From NCBI GenBank assembly GCA_027297745.1, contig JAPUHK010000024.1:994-64993 (forward strand): a stretch of 64,000 nt of DNA, in the 5' to 3' direction. Both the position numbers and the translations under genes were made by a program. The notes under the pieces were generated by a model, which was not told where the DNA came from, made no database searches, and saw only the letters and a list, made by a program, of their open reading frames with translations. This stretch comes from Planctomycetota bacterium. Lineage in GTDB: Bacteria; Planctomycetota; PLA2. Of this stretch, positions 30,683 to 39,920 are shown piece after piece (the stretch's first letter is position 1; each line of letters opens with the position of its first letter).

Positions 30683-32320
30683 CTAGCCTGACCCTGGCGG
30701 CTTGATGCCGGCCCACCGCTCCAGGTAGGGCAGCACGACCTCACTCACCTCTTCCCGCGGGCGGCTGCCGAGGTAGCGTGCCGCCTCGCGCGAGCCCGCC
30801 TCGGGGTCGATCTGCACGAGCGCGCCGATGGCGAAGAACTGATCCCCGGCCCTCGGATGGGCGAGGAAGTCGAGCAGGATCCGTTCCGCCCTTGGGCCGC
30901 CCATCTTGCCCAGCGCGCCCAGAAGATACGGCCGCACGCCGTCCCACCCGGGGCGCAGCAGCTTGTCCTCGAAGTGAGGCGCGCCCGCGGGCTCCCGCAG
31001 TTCCCCAAGCGCGCCGGCGGCGCTATAGAAGAGACCGGCGTCCTCCGACTCCGCGACGAGGTCGAGCAGGTAGCGGCGCGTCTCCGGCGTGTCCGCAGCG
31101 CCCATGGCGCGCAGGATCGTGTAGCGCGCGGAGCGGGGGAATGCCGGATCACCGGCCGCCGTGATGAGGTGCGCCTCGTACCCGGGCGACCAGGCCTCGC
31201 GCAGGAGGCGCTCGAACCACGCGCCTTGCCTGCCTCCGCGCAGCAAGGCCAGCAGCGCGAGCAAGCCCTGCTCGCCGTGGCCGTTCAGCTTCTCGATGGC
31301 TTCGAGCGCCTCCTCGTCCAGCTTGTCTTGCTGATGCTGGTTGCGCACGGCCTCCTCTGCCTCGAGCGCTGCCTGGAGCGCCGGCGCGGGGACCTTCAAG
31401 GCCGCCGCGGCGCGCTGAAGCTTCGAGTCCCGCGTGCGCGGGCGGCCGCGCTGCTTGGCCGCTTGCTGTTTTGCAACCGGCCTCTCAGCCGAGGCGGCAC
31501 GCGCGGCGGCGAGCTGCTCGACTAGAACACGTTCGCGCTCCCGCGCCGCCTCCAGTTCCCGGTGCAGGTCAGGGCCGTGCGGCGCGCGCGCGACCCGCTG
31601 CGCCGGCTCCGCGTCCGACCTTCCGGGCAACGCGGCGCCAATGCCCACGCCGACGATTCCCGTGGCGGCGACGGCGGCGGTAACGATGGCGGCGGTCTTG
31701 TACTTCATGACTTCTCCAAGGATGAGCTGGGACGACGCGTGCGCGCAGTCGGCCAGGAACCAGGGCACCGCGAGCAGGGGAAGGGCGAGCCAGGGTGCGA
31801 GCGAGCCGAGCAGGAGCGTGCGCGCACGCTGGAGCCGCTTCTTGACGGCGGACTGCGTAATGCCGAGCAGCCCGGCTACCTCGTTTGTCGTGAGCCCTTC
31901 GAAGTAGTGCAGCACGACCGGGTCGCGGTAGCCTGCCGCAAGCCGGTCCACGCCGTCGCGCAGGCGACGGAACTCCTCGGCGCGCATGGCCGCCGCCGCG
32001 GGCGTCGGCGCCTGCGGCAAGTGTGCGAGCCGCCGGGAAAGCTCGTGTTGCCGCCGGTGTTGCGCCTTGTGCCGGTACGCGATGCGCACGACCGCCGTGA
32101 CGAGCCAGGGCATGACCGGGGCGTCGAGCGGCCCCCCGCGTTTGTGCAGTAGCGAGAGGTAGGCGGTGTGGACCGCGTCCTCAGCCTCGTCCGGCGAGCC
32201 GATGCGGCGCGCCACCGCGAGCAGCTTCGGCCGCGTCCGGCGCACGACCTCCTCGGCCGCCTCCTCGTCCGCGTCCCGCAGGTAGCGGTCGACGAGATCT
32301 TCCAGCGTCTCCCTGGCCAT
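30683..32320 (-). CDS. ECF sigma factor fused to a transmembrane segment and a C-terminal HEAT/armadillo-like repeat domain.
   Basis: N-terminal sigma regions 2 and 4 (DAVHTAYLSLLHKRGG..., LTTNEVAGLLGITQSAVKKRLQRART). A TM helix (AAIVTAAVAATGIVGVGIGAAL). A coiled coil and HEAT-like repeats. It is a single uninterrupted 545-aa frame. Confidence 0.65.
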   Translation of the reverse strand: MARETLEDLVDRYLRDADEEAAEEVVRRTRPKLLAVARRIGSPDEAEDAVHTAYLSLLHKRGGPLDAPVMPWLVTAVVRIAYRHKAQHRRQHELSRRLAHLPQAPTPAAAAMRAEEFRRLRDGVDRLAAGYRDPVVLHYFEGLTTNEVAGLLGITQSAVKKRLQRARTLLLGSLAPWLALPLLAVPWFLADCAHASSQLILGEVMKYKTAAIVTAAVAATGIVGVGIGAALPGRSDAEPAQRVARAPHGPDLHRELEAARERERVLVEQLAAARAASAERPVAKQQAAKQRGRPRTRDSKLQRAAAALKVPAPALQAALEAEEAVRNQHQQDKLDEEALEAIEKLNGHGEQGLLALLALLRGGRQGAWFERLLREAWSPGYEAHLITAAGDPAFPRSARYTILRAMGAADTPETRRYLLDLVAESEDAGLFYSAAGALGELREPAGAPHFEDKLLRPGWDGVRPYLLGALGKMGGPRAERILLDFLAHPRAGDQFFAIGALVQIDPEAGSREAARYLGSRPREEVSEVVLPYLERWAGIKPPGSG

Positions 32321-32418
32321 GGCACCCCCATAGTGCCTGCCGCGGGCGCGCGGTGACACACGTTAAGGGTCGCCTCCCCGGGCCGGACGCCGCGAGGCGA
32401 AGTCCAAGGGGCTAGGAG

Positions 32419-33474
32419 CTACGCGTCCCAGGTCAGGTTGACGGTGCCGGCGGATGCGGAGGCGAGCTCGTCGAGGCGCGCCATCATCTTGTCCGCGCAG
32501 GCGGCGAAGGCCTTGGCTGGGGCGCCGTCGGGCTGCGAGAACACGATCGGCGTGCCCTCGTCGCCGCTGGGCGTGATCGACGTGTCGATCGGAAAGCTGC
32601 CGAGCAGCGGCAAGTTGAACTTCTTGGCTGCCTTCTCCCCCGCGCCCTGCAGGAAGATGTGCGTCTCGTGGCCGCACTCGGGGCAGACGAAGCCGGCCAT
32701 GTTCTCGATCACGCCCGTCACCGGCACGCGCACCGACTGGAACATCTCGACCGCCTTCTCGACGTCGAGCAGCGCCACGTCCTGCGGCGTCGTGACCACC
32801 AACGCGCCCGACAGCGGCACGGTCTGCGCCAGGCTCAAGACCGCGTCACCGGTGCCCGGCGGCAGGTCGACCACAAGCAGGTCGAGCTCGCCCCACGCGA
32901 CGTTGGTCAACAGTTGCGTGACCATGCGCCCGACCAGTGGGCCGCGCCAGACGACGGCTTGCTGGCCCGGAGGCGTCAGGAAGGCGATCGAGATCACCTT
33001 CAGGCCGTGCGCGTTGGCGGGGATCACGCGCCGCTGCTCGTCGGCGGCCGCGCGGTGGTTGCGCGTGCCCGTCATGATGGCCGCGCTCGGCCCGTGGATG
33101 TCCGCGTCCAAGAGGCCGATCTTGAGCCCCTTGCGCACGAGCGCCGCGGCCAGGTTGACGGCGACGGTGGACTTGCCCACGCCGCCCTTGCCGCTGCCCA
33201 CGGCCAGAATGCGCTTCACGCCCTCGAGCGGCGCCGGTCCCTGCGGAGCGTCGGCCTGCGCCGGCGCCTGGAACGCTACGAACACTTCTTTCACACCGTC
33301 CAGCGTGCCGACGCGCCGCTTCACCTCTTCGGCGAAGCCCGGCTTCTGTCCCATGGGGACGTCGGTCACGACGCTGACCGTGATCCGGCCCTCCGATTCC
33401 TTGATCTCGGGGACCTGCTCGGGCTTGAGGATGTCCGCCAGCGTGGAGCGGACCTGCTCGATGCGCGTCTTCAT
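32419..33474 (-). CDS. apbC: Mrp/ApbC/NBP35-family Fe-S cluster carrier ATPase.
   Basis: Walker A GKGGVGKST. CPECGH (CxxC) cluster-binding motif. N-terminal DUF59-like domain. ATGA overlap with the upstream MBL-fold gene. Confidence 0.88.
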   Translation of the reverse strand: MKTRIEQVRSTLADILKPEQVPEIKESEGRITVSVVTDVPMGQKPGFAEEVKRRVGTLDGVKEVFVAFQAPAQADAPQGPAPLEGVKRILAVGSGKGGVGKSTVAVNLAAALVRKGLKIGLLDADIHGPSAAIMTGTRNHRAAADEQRRVIPANAHGLKVISIAFLTPPGQQAVVWRGPLVGRMVTQLLTNVAWGELDLLVVDLPPGTGDAVLSLAQTVPLSGALVVTTPQDVALLDVEKAVEMFQSVRVPVTGVIENMAGFVCPECGHETHIFLQGAGEKAAKKFNLPLLGSFPIDTSITPSGDEGTPIVFSQPDGAPAKAFAACADKMMARLDELASASAGTVNLTWDA

Positions 33475-34307
33475 CAGATGGTGACCTCCTCGCCCTTGCC
33501 GAACCCGCCCTCCTCGACGACGCGGCAGGCCGTGCAATTCACGTCGTGCTCGAAGAAGAGCGTCCAGCCCTCACGCGCGGCCTGCGACAGGATGCGCTGC
33601 TTCTCCTCCAGCGTCGACAGAGGGTTGTTGTCGTAGGCCATCACATACGGCAGCCGCAGGTGCGTCGTCGTCGGCACCAGGTCGGCCGTGTAGAGCAGCG
33701 TCTGTTCCCCGTCGCTCAGCTTCGGCAGCTGCATGCCGGGCGTGTGCCCGTCGACGACCACGACTTCGAGCCCGTCGTCCAACTTCCCGGGGCCGTCCAT
33801 CAGCCGAAAGCGGCCTTCGCGGTACAGCGGCAGGAAGTCGTCGGGGCGGAAGCTCCCGCGGTCCTTGGCCGTGGGGTCGCGCGCCCATTCCAGCTGCGAG
33901 CGCTGCACGTGGTAGCGCGCGCGCGGGAAGGTGGGGGAGCCGTCGGTGCGCGTGGCGCCGCCGGCGTGGTCGAAGTGCAGGTGCGTCAGCAGCACGTCCG
34001 TGATGCCGTCCGGATCGACGTCGGCCGCGCGCAGCGCCTCGTCGGGCATCATCCCGTCGTAGGCGTAGATGGCGTTCTTCTTGGCGTCGAACTTGTCACC
34101 GAGGCCCGTATCCACGAGCCACGTGCGCTCCGGTCCGCGCAAGACCAGCAGGCGCGCGCACATGGCGATGCGGTTGTGGTCGTCGGGCGGGTTGGTGCCC
34201 GCCCACAGCACCCGCGGCACGACTCCGAACATGGCGCCCCCGTCCAGGCCGAACGTCCCGGCTTGCACTGCGATCACTTCGTACGCGCCGATTCTCATGG
34301 GGGACAC
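33474..34307 (-). CDS. MBL-fold metallo-hydrolase.
   Basis: THLHFDHAGG (HxHxDH) metal-binding motif. The GTG start at 34307 can be replaced by the ATG at 34298. Confidence 0.8.
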   Translation of the reverse strand: MSPMRIGAYEVIAVQAGTFGLDGGAMFGVVPRVLWAGTNPPDDHNRIAMCARLLVLRGPERTWLVDTGLGDKFDAKKNAIYAYDGMMPDEALRAADVDPDGITDVLLTHLHFDHAGGATRTDGSPTFPRARYHVQRSQLEWARDPTAKDRGSFRPDDFLPLYREGRFRLMDGPGKLDDGLEVVVVDGHTPGMQLPKLSDGEQTLLYTADLVPTTTHLRLPYVMAYDNNPLSTLEEKQRILSQAAREGWTLFFEHDVNCTACRVVEEGGFGKGEEVTI

Positions 34308-34398
34308 ATTCTCTCAGCATGCTCAAACTCTCCCCCGTGCGCGTCGGGCTCGGGCACGTGTGGCGGACTCGGACTCGGGCTCGGGTTGGGCGGGGAGG

Positions 34399-35853
34399 TC
34401 AGTCCACCAGGATCCGCACCACCCGGCGGGAGTGCGGACCGCCCGCCTCGCCGACGCCGCCCATGAGCAGGATCGAGCCGTCCAGCGGCTTCTCGGAGAC
34501 GTGCCCCGCGAACGGCACGGGCAGGCGCGGGCTGAAGATGTAGTGCACGCGCGCGTCGGGAATGGGACCCGGCAGATACTCGACGATCTCGCACGAATCC
34601 AGCGCGGGGTCGCCCGGCAACGCGACATTGAAGCCGCCCACGGCCAGGAACAGGTTCGGGCCGATGGACGAGAACGTGTGCTCCCCGCGGCGCTCGAAGA
34701 ACAGCTCCGTCGCGAAGTAGGTGAAGCCCACCCGCGAGTCGACGATGGAGACCGTGCGCTGGTCGCCCGACGCCACGAGCAGCCGGTCGCTGCTGAGCTG
34801 GACGGCCGCGGCGCGCCAGCGGAAGGCGCCCTCGTTGTGGGACGCGAGATGCACTCCATCGTAGAAGGCCCCGATGCCTTGCAGGTTGCCCACGCCGATG
34901 TAGGTGATGTCGAAGTTCATCTGCACCTGTACGTGCTGCGCGGTGGGCACGGTGAGCTGGCCCACGGGAATCCACGTCGCGCCGATGAGCCGCTCCACGC
35001 TCGCAATGGGCGCGCCTCCCGCGCCGAAGCCGCCCGAGACCAACACGTGCTCGGCGCCGAACAGCGGGCTGGCGGCGTGCCAGCGCCGGGCTTCGAGCAT
35101 GGGGGGCGCGGGCGTGAAGGTCTCCGTCGCGGGATCGTAGTACTCGGTGGTTGCCAGCGGCGGCCCGCCCACCGTGCTGATTCCGCCGGCGATCAGCACG
35201 CGGCCGTCGCGCAGCACCGTGACCGTGTGTTCGGCGCGCGGCTCCAGCATGGTCGAGTTGGCGAAGCGGAACGTGCTCGTCGCCTCGTCGTAGATCTCGA
35301 CCGTGTCGGTCGCCGTCTGCGCGTCGCTGTAGCCGCCGAAGACCATGATCACGCCGTTGATCGACAGCGAGCGCGCCCGGAAGCGGCCCACAAGCAGCCT
35401 CTCGCCCAGGTCGACGATCTGATCCGGCCGCAGCGTCGGGGTGGGGTTGTCGGTGATGAAGGTGAAGACGTAGTCCGCGCCGAGCGCTTCGCCGCTCGCG
35501 CTCTGCACGCTCCCGCTCAAGACCACGCGGTAGACCGTGTTCTGGATGAGAGGAACGCTGGGCACGAAGCGCACCAGGACGTTGTTGCCGGCGCTCTTCT
35601 GCACGACGCCCGGCACGGGCACGCCCGCGGCCGTCTCCACGCGGAACGTATTGCCGTTCACGGACGCGAGGTTGGCGGGGATGTTGAAGATGATCGAGAT
35701 CGGCGCGCCGACGGCGACGTCTATGCCGCCCGGCGCAGGCAGGCTGCCGGTAACCGCGAAGCCGGTCCCGACGGCCGCACCGCCGTCCCCGCCTCCGCCG
35801 CCGCAAGCCGCGAGGCAGGCAACCACCACCAACCACAACACACGCACGCCCAT
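34399..35853 (-). CDS. Lipoprotein with an Ig-like N-terminal domain and Kelch-type beta-propeller repeats.
   Basis: Signal plus lipobox LAACGGGGG. An SbsA-Ig-like segment. Repeated GGxxxxGxxxxxxEYYD / GG..y motifs typical of Kelch blades. GGAG ribosome-binding site before the ATG at 35853. Confidence 0.65.
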   Translation of the reverse strand: MGVRVLWLVVVACLAACGGGGGDGGAAVGTGFAVTGSLPAPGGIDVAVGAPISIIFNIPANLASVNGNTFRVETAAGVPVPGVVQKSAGNNVLVRFVPSVPLIQNTVYRVVLSGSVQSASGEALGADYVFTFITDNPTPTLRPDQIVDLGERLLVGRFRARSLSINGVIMVFGGYSDAQTATDTVEIYDEATSTFRFANSTMLEPRAEHTVTVLRDGRVLIAGGISTVGGPPLATTEYYDPATETFTPAPPMLEARRWHAASPLFGAEHVLVSGGFGAGGAPIASVERLIGATWIPVGQLTVPTAQHVQVQMNFDITYIGVGNLQGIGAFYDGVHLASHNEGAFRWRAAAVQLSSDRLLVASGDQRTVSIVDSRVGFTYFATELFFERRGEHTFSSIGPNLFLAVGGFNVALPGDPALDSCEIVEYLPGPIPDARVHYIFSPRLPVPFAGHVSEKPLDGSILLMGGVGEAGGPHSRRVVRILVD

Positions 35854-35920
35854 ACGTGCTCCAGTCTTCAGGCCCAACCGGCAGCCATCCTACCCCGAGG
35901 CGAAGAGGGCGGGGGCGCAG

Positions 35921-36202
35921 CTATTCGTCGGCCTGCGCGGCCTCGTCTTCGGGGCGCAAGCCGGTCTCGTGGAACTCCTTGCGGGCGGCGGCGTAGGCGT
36001 CCGGGTCCAGCTCCTCCAGCACGAAGGCGTCGGGGTCCCTGGCGATGCGCTCCAGGTAGGGGATGCACCAGCCGCAGCCGGTGCCCGCGTCCAGGCAGTT
36101 GCTCATTTGCGACACCCGCTGCGGCCTCTCACGGCGCGCGAAGTTCACCAGCTTACGCAGCGAGACCTTGAAGCAGTAACAGACCTTGTCGTCGAGTTGC
36201 AC
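35921..36202 (-). CDS. BFD-like [2Fe-2S]-binding domain protein (bacterioferritin-associated ferredoxin-like).
   Basis: 93 aa. The CYC...C..C pattern (VCYCFKVSLRKL ... GTGCGWC) is typical of the BFD domain. GTG start assumed. The remainder of the 324-aa track ORF is non-coding. Confidence 0.55.
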   Translation of the reverse strand: MQLDDKVCYCFKVSLRKLVNFARRERPQRVSQMSNCLDAGTGCGWCIPYLERIARDPDAFVLEELDPDAYAAARKEFHETGLRPEDEAAQADE

Positions 36203-36338
36203 GGGCCGGGCGGCGAGTCTACCACCGTACGACCGTGCGGGAGCAGGCGCAGGACTCCAGGGCGCCTCGCGGGGCGCCGATAGTGGAATAGAATTACGGC
36301 GTCCGTTTTCGGACGGGACGGCGTTAAGCAAGGCAAGC

Positions 36339-37379
36339 ATGCGGTTCTGGCTCCCTCTTCTGTGCCTGCTCTTGGCAACGCACCCCGCCCAGGCCGGCAA
36401 GGCCGATCGCCTCGCGGGTGAAGCGCGCAAGCTGGCCGAGTCCGTCGACGAGATCTGGCAGGCATTGCTGGATGACCACGAGGAGGTCTCGGACGAGGAT
36501 CTGCAGAAGCTGATCGATGTGTCCGGCAAGGCCGCCGACTTGTACGGCGAGGTGCTGGAGCTCGAGGACCGCGCCGGCATCGACGAGCGCATCGTGCGCC
36601 TGAGCAGGCGCATCCAGGCCGCCCTGCAGCTGCGTGCGCAGCGCGCGGCCGCCGCGGGGGGCGAGGTCGACCCGACGGCGCCGCCGGAGCAGGCCGGCCC
36701 CACGGCTGCAGGGACGGCCCCGAAGCCGCCCGGCTCCGGGGTCAGCGAGCGGGACCGCCAGCGGCAGGAACGCGGCACGCGCACGCAGAAGCTGCCGCCG
36801 ACGACGGCGGAGGCCTTCGCCAAGGTGCCGGTGCCGGAGGAGACCAGGCGGCAACAGCTGCGCCACGAGTCCGACCTGCGCAAGTTCATTCTCAACTACG
36901 CCGCCGCCCGCAGGTTAGGCACGCTCGTCACGCGTTGCACCAACTGCAACGGCTCGGGCCGCATTGGGCTCGGCAAGCGCGGCAGGGACGGCAAGGCCAT
37001 CTACCTGGCCTGCCGGCAGTGTTACGGCGAGGGCGCGCACCTGAACTCCCACGCCGCCCGCAAGGCCTTCTGGCTCTCGAAATCGCCCTACTACCGCGCC
37101 AAGGAGATCAATCGCGCCCGGTTCGAGGAGAAGCTCAAGAAGTGGGGGCGCAAGCCCACGAGCATCCGCGAGTTCCTGCGCAAGGTGAAGCTGGAGTCGG
37201 TCGAGTACCACGGCCTGTGGGCCATGGCGAGCTACACCGAGTACGTGCGCAAGGTCCATCCGCGCAAGAAGAAGCTCACGCGCGAGGTGAACGCGTACTT
37301 CATCCGCATCGGCCGGCGCTGGTTCTTCTTCGACGCGCGCGCGGATCGCGAGTTCCTGGAAGCGCACACGCCGCACTAG
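36339..37379 (+). CDS. Secreted hypothetical protein with DnaJ-type CxxCxGxG zinc-finger-like motifs.
   Basis: Signal peptide MRFWLPLLCLLLATHPAQA. CTNCNGSGRIG and CRQCYGEGAH motifs. Basic C-terminus. Confidence 0.6.
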   Translation: MRFWLPLLCLLLATHPAQAGKADRLAGEARKLAESVDEIWQALLDDHEEVSDEDLQKLIDVSGKAADLYGEVLELEDRAGIDERIVRLSRRIQAALQLRAQRAAAAGGEVDPTAPPEQAGPTAAGTAPKPPGSGVSERDRQRQERGTRTQKLPPTTAEAFAKVPVPEETRRQQLRHESDLRKFILNYAAARRLGTLVTRCTNCNGSGRIGLGKRGRDGKAIYLACRQCYGEGAHLNSHAARKAFWLSKSPYYRAKEINRARFEEKLKKWGRKPTSIREFLRKVKLESVEYHGLWAMASYTEYVRKVHPRKKKLTREVNAYFIRIGRRWFFFDARADREFLEAHTPH

Positions 37380-37587
37380 GCGCTCGGGCCTCGGCGGCCC
37401 TGGTTATCGGACGCTGCTTGCGCGGGCTCCTGCGATCCTTGTAGAATCCGCGCGGCCGGACGATTCACCCCTTCTGGTGAGGGCGAACGGACTGAGAATA
37501 GGGGTGATGGTGTCAAGGGCCTGAGAACGGAAGGGGGAGCGCGTTCCGGCGAGGAGGCTTGCGCCGGGCTCCCCCTTTCCCACAAAA

Positions 37588-37618
37588 GAAAACGCGCCGG
37601 AAGTCCGGCGCGTTCCTC
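37588..37618. terminator. Bidirectional rho-independent terminator.
   Basis: Hairpin GCGCCGGA-agt-TCCGGCGC. On the minus strand it is followed by TTTTCTTTTGTGG, downstream of the EEP gene. A T-rich run also follows on the plus strand. Confidence 0.6.
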
Positions 37619-37636
37619 TTTCGGTCGCGGTGAACG

Positions 37637-38665
37637 CTAGTCGTTGTCGGTCTCGGGCACGCGCAGCGTGATCCATACCGGGCGATGGTCGCTGACCGCG
37701 CGGGCCGCCGCCGCATCGTTGCCGCCGTAGATCGTCTCGTCGAACTTGCGCGTTCCGGACGTTCCGGTCCACTCCGTCGTGTGCTTCGGATGGATGAAGA
37801 TCTGATCGAAGTTGGTGCGTCCCCGCACGCCGGTGAACGTCAGGTCGTCGACGGTCGGCCTCAGGCCGGAGTTTTGGAGCAGCGCCTCGAAGGCCGGGTC
37901 GCCGCTGTCCAACTTGAAGTCGCCCATCAGGATCACGTCGCGGTCACCGGGCGTCGCCGCCTGGATACGGTCCCAGGCCGCGGCCAGCGCGCTCACCTCG
38001 GCCTTGCAGTGCGCCAGCGTGTGGCCGGGGTAGATGTGCACGGCCGCCAGCGTGAAGTCGAAGCCGCCGCCGGTCGTGAAGCCGGCGAAGACTACGTCGC
38101 GCGTCAGCTCGTTGTCCGGGTCGGCATCGACCTTCAGCCCGCCGGCCATGCGGATCGCGGAGGAATCCCACAGGAGCCCGATGCGCTGCCGGTGGCCACT
38201 GGCCTCTCCCAGCTCCGGGCTGGCCGCATGTTTCCAGGAGGAGCCGAACTCGCTCGCCAGGCGCTCCAGCGACTGCTCGCTGCGGACACCCGCCAGAACC
38301 ACGATCTGCATGCCCTCGACGGTCCGGGCGATGGCGCTGCGCGCTTCCGCGCTGCTCATGCGCTGCACGTTCCACCACATGACGCTCACGGTCGGGCCCG
38401 GAGTGGGCTGCGAGGGCAAGACCACCTTGGGGGTGGGCTGCACTTTGGCCACCGGCTCCACCCCGGCCACGGGCTCTTCCCGAGGGGGCGGGGTCATGAC
38501 CGTGGCCGGCGTCGGCTCTTCCGTGGGGACGTCCCTGATCATGGGGACAGCGCCGGGCTCGCCCGCCACGGCGGTGCCGAGGGTCGGCTCACGGTAGTCG
38601 GGGCCGGTCCCCTGGCAGGCCGCCAAAGCAGCGGCCAAGGCGGCGGCGACGAAGACTCTGGGCAT
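37637..38665 (-). CDS. Exo/endonuclease/phosphatase (EEP) family lipoprotein.
   Basis: Lipobox LAACQG. A Pro-rich linker. An EEP core (VMWWNVQ ... ILMGDFKLD ... SDHRPVWITL). Confidence 0.75.
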   Translation of the reverse strand: MPRVFVAAALAAALAACQGTGPDYREPTLGTAVAGEPGAVPMIRDVPTEEPTPATVMTPPPREEPVAGVEPVAKVQPTPKVVLPSQPTPGPTVSVMWWNVQRMSSAEARSAIARTVEGMQIVVLAGVRSEQSLERLASEFGSSWKHAASPELGEASGHRQRIGLLWDSSAIRMAGGLKVDADPDNELTRDVVFAGFTTGGGFDFTLAAVHIYPGHTLAHCKAEVSALAAAWDRIQAATPGDRDVILMGDFKLDSGDPAFEALLQNSGLRPTVDDLTFTGVRGRTNFDQIFIHPKHTTEWTGTSGTRKFDETIYGGNDAAAARAVSDHRPVWITLRVPETDND

Positions 38666-39142
38666 GTTCTCCTCCTAGCTTGGGCTAGTGTCGCCACGGC
38701 CGCTGGTGGCGTCCAGACCTTATTCGGCCCCTCGAGGGCGATTCGGGCCGCTTGTCCCAGAGCGACGCAACCGCCTGACAGATGGGGCCCCCTTTGTCGA
38801 TTTCGGTCGACGACGGGACCCGTCCCTGGCCTGAAAGCCGGCCTTCCAGAAGTTCGCTCTGTGGGTGTGCGGCGCCCCGCTGCGGCGGGTCCGGGCACGC
38901 CCGTTGCGGTCGGGACGCGGCAGTAATCGACGATTCCCGAGCCGGCGCTCCGCACACACCCGCAGTAGCCGCGGCTAGTGCATTCGGACGCCGGCCGGGG
39001 CGGGGCTTCGACACCTGGACGGCGGTGCGAGGGGCGCGGGCCGGGGCCCGACTTGGGGCCTTCATGCCCTAAATGCGCCAAGCGCTCGCTGACACCGCGG
39101 CCGAGATGCCTGAGAATGCATGACCAGAGAGAGGAGATCTTC

Positions 39143-39889
39143 ATGACGAGAGTTGGTTTGGGTGTGTTCGTGGTTGCGTTGGTGACTCTGGGGTTGGTCG
39201 GCGTCGGCTGCAAGGGCACGACCAGCGGCGACTCGGGGTGCGGCGCCTGTGGAGACGGGTGCGCTGCATGCGGTGCGTGCGGCGCCTGCGGCGCTTGCGG
39301 CGACGGTTGCGGTGCAGGTTGCGGTGCGTGCGGCGGCTGTGCAGGCTGCGGCGACGGTTGCGGCGGCTGTGGCGGTAAGAGCGGCTGTGGCACTTGCGGC
39401 GACGGTTGTGGCGGATGTGGCGGCAAGAGTGGTTGTGCCTCCGCGTGTGGTTGCGGTGGCTGTGGCTGTGGCGGTTGCGGTTGCGGCGGCGGGGCGAGCA
39501 CGTCCAGCTCCGACCAAAAGCACGCCAAGGAGTTGTTCGCCTCCTACAAGAGTTGGCGCAAGATGACCGACGCGCCCTTCAAGAGCAAGGGCCACGGCAA
39601 CATGATGGTGCACGACTGGGTCAACTCGCGTGCGCTGGCCACCTTCCGGGCCAAAAAGGGCAGCTACGTGCCCGGCGCGGCCCTGGCCAAGACGGGCTGG
39701 AAGGGCGATACGCTCAAGAAGGTGTGGCTCATGGAGAAGCGCGGCAGCGGCTACGACAAGGAGAACGGGGACTGGTGGTACGCACAGCTCAACGCCGCCG
39801 GCAAGGTGGAGAAGGCGGGCAAGGCCTCGGGCTGCATCGACTGCCACGGGGGCGCCGACAACGACTACGTCTTCGGCCTGAAGAAGTAG
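39143..39889 (+). CDS. Lipoprotein with a metallothionein-like Cys-Gly repeat linker and a C-terminal CxxCH domain resembling cytochrome P460 / c'-beta.
   Basis: A GAGAGGAG ribosome-binding site precedes the ATG. Lipobox LVGVGC. About 26 Cys occur in roughly 95 aa of [18 protein letters not shown] repeats. The C-terminal domain of about 120 aa ends with [10 protein letters not shown], the single heme-binding motif. Confidence 0.7.
   Translation: MTRVGLGVFVVALVTLGLVGVGCKGTTSGDSGCGACGDGCAACGACGACGACGDGCGAGCGACGGCAGCGDGCGGCGGKSGCGTCGDGCGGCGGKSGCASACGCGGCGCGGCGCGGGASTSSSDQKHAKELFASYKSWRKMTDAPFKSKGHGNMMVHDWVNSRALATFRAKKGSYVPGAALAKTGWKGDTLKKVWLMEKRGSGYDKENGDWWYAQLNAAGKVEKAGKASGCIDCHGGADNDYVFGLKK
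39238..39500 (+). repeat. Imperfect tandem TGCGGC(G/A)(C/G)NTGYGGC repeat encoding the Cys-Gly stretch.
   Basis: Seen directly in the DNA. Its antisense strand gives a spurious Pro/Gln-rich ORF (38539-39528). Confidence 0.8.
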
Positions 39890-39920
39890 ACCGTGTTGCC
39901 CCAGCGGGGGCCCGCCCCTG

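Noticed and set aside
38539-39528. 329-aa Pro/Gln-rich minus-strand ORF (PQPQPPQPQ...)
   Set aside because: It is the reverse complement of the TGCGGC-type tandem repeat that encodes the Cys-Gly linker of the plus-strand lipoprotein. It has no start context and only repeat-derived low complexity.
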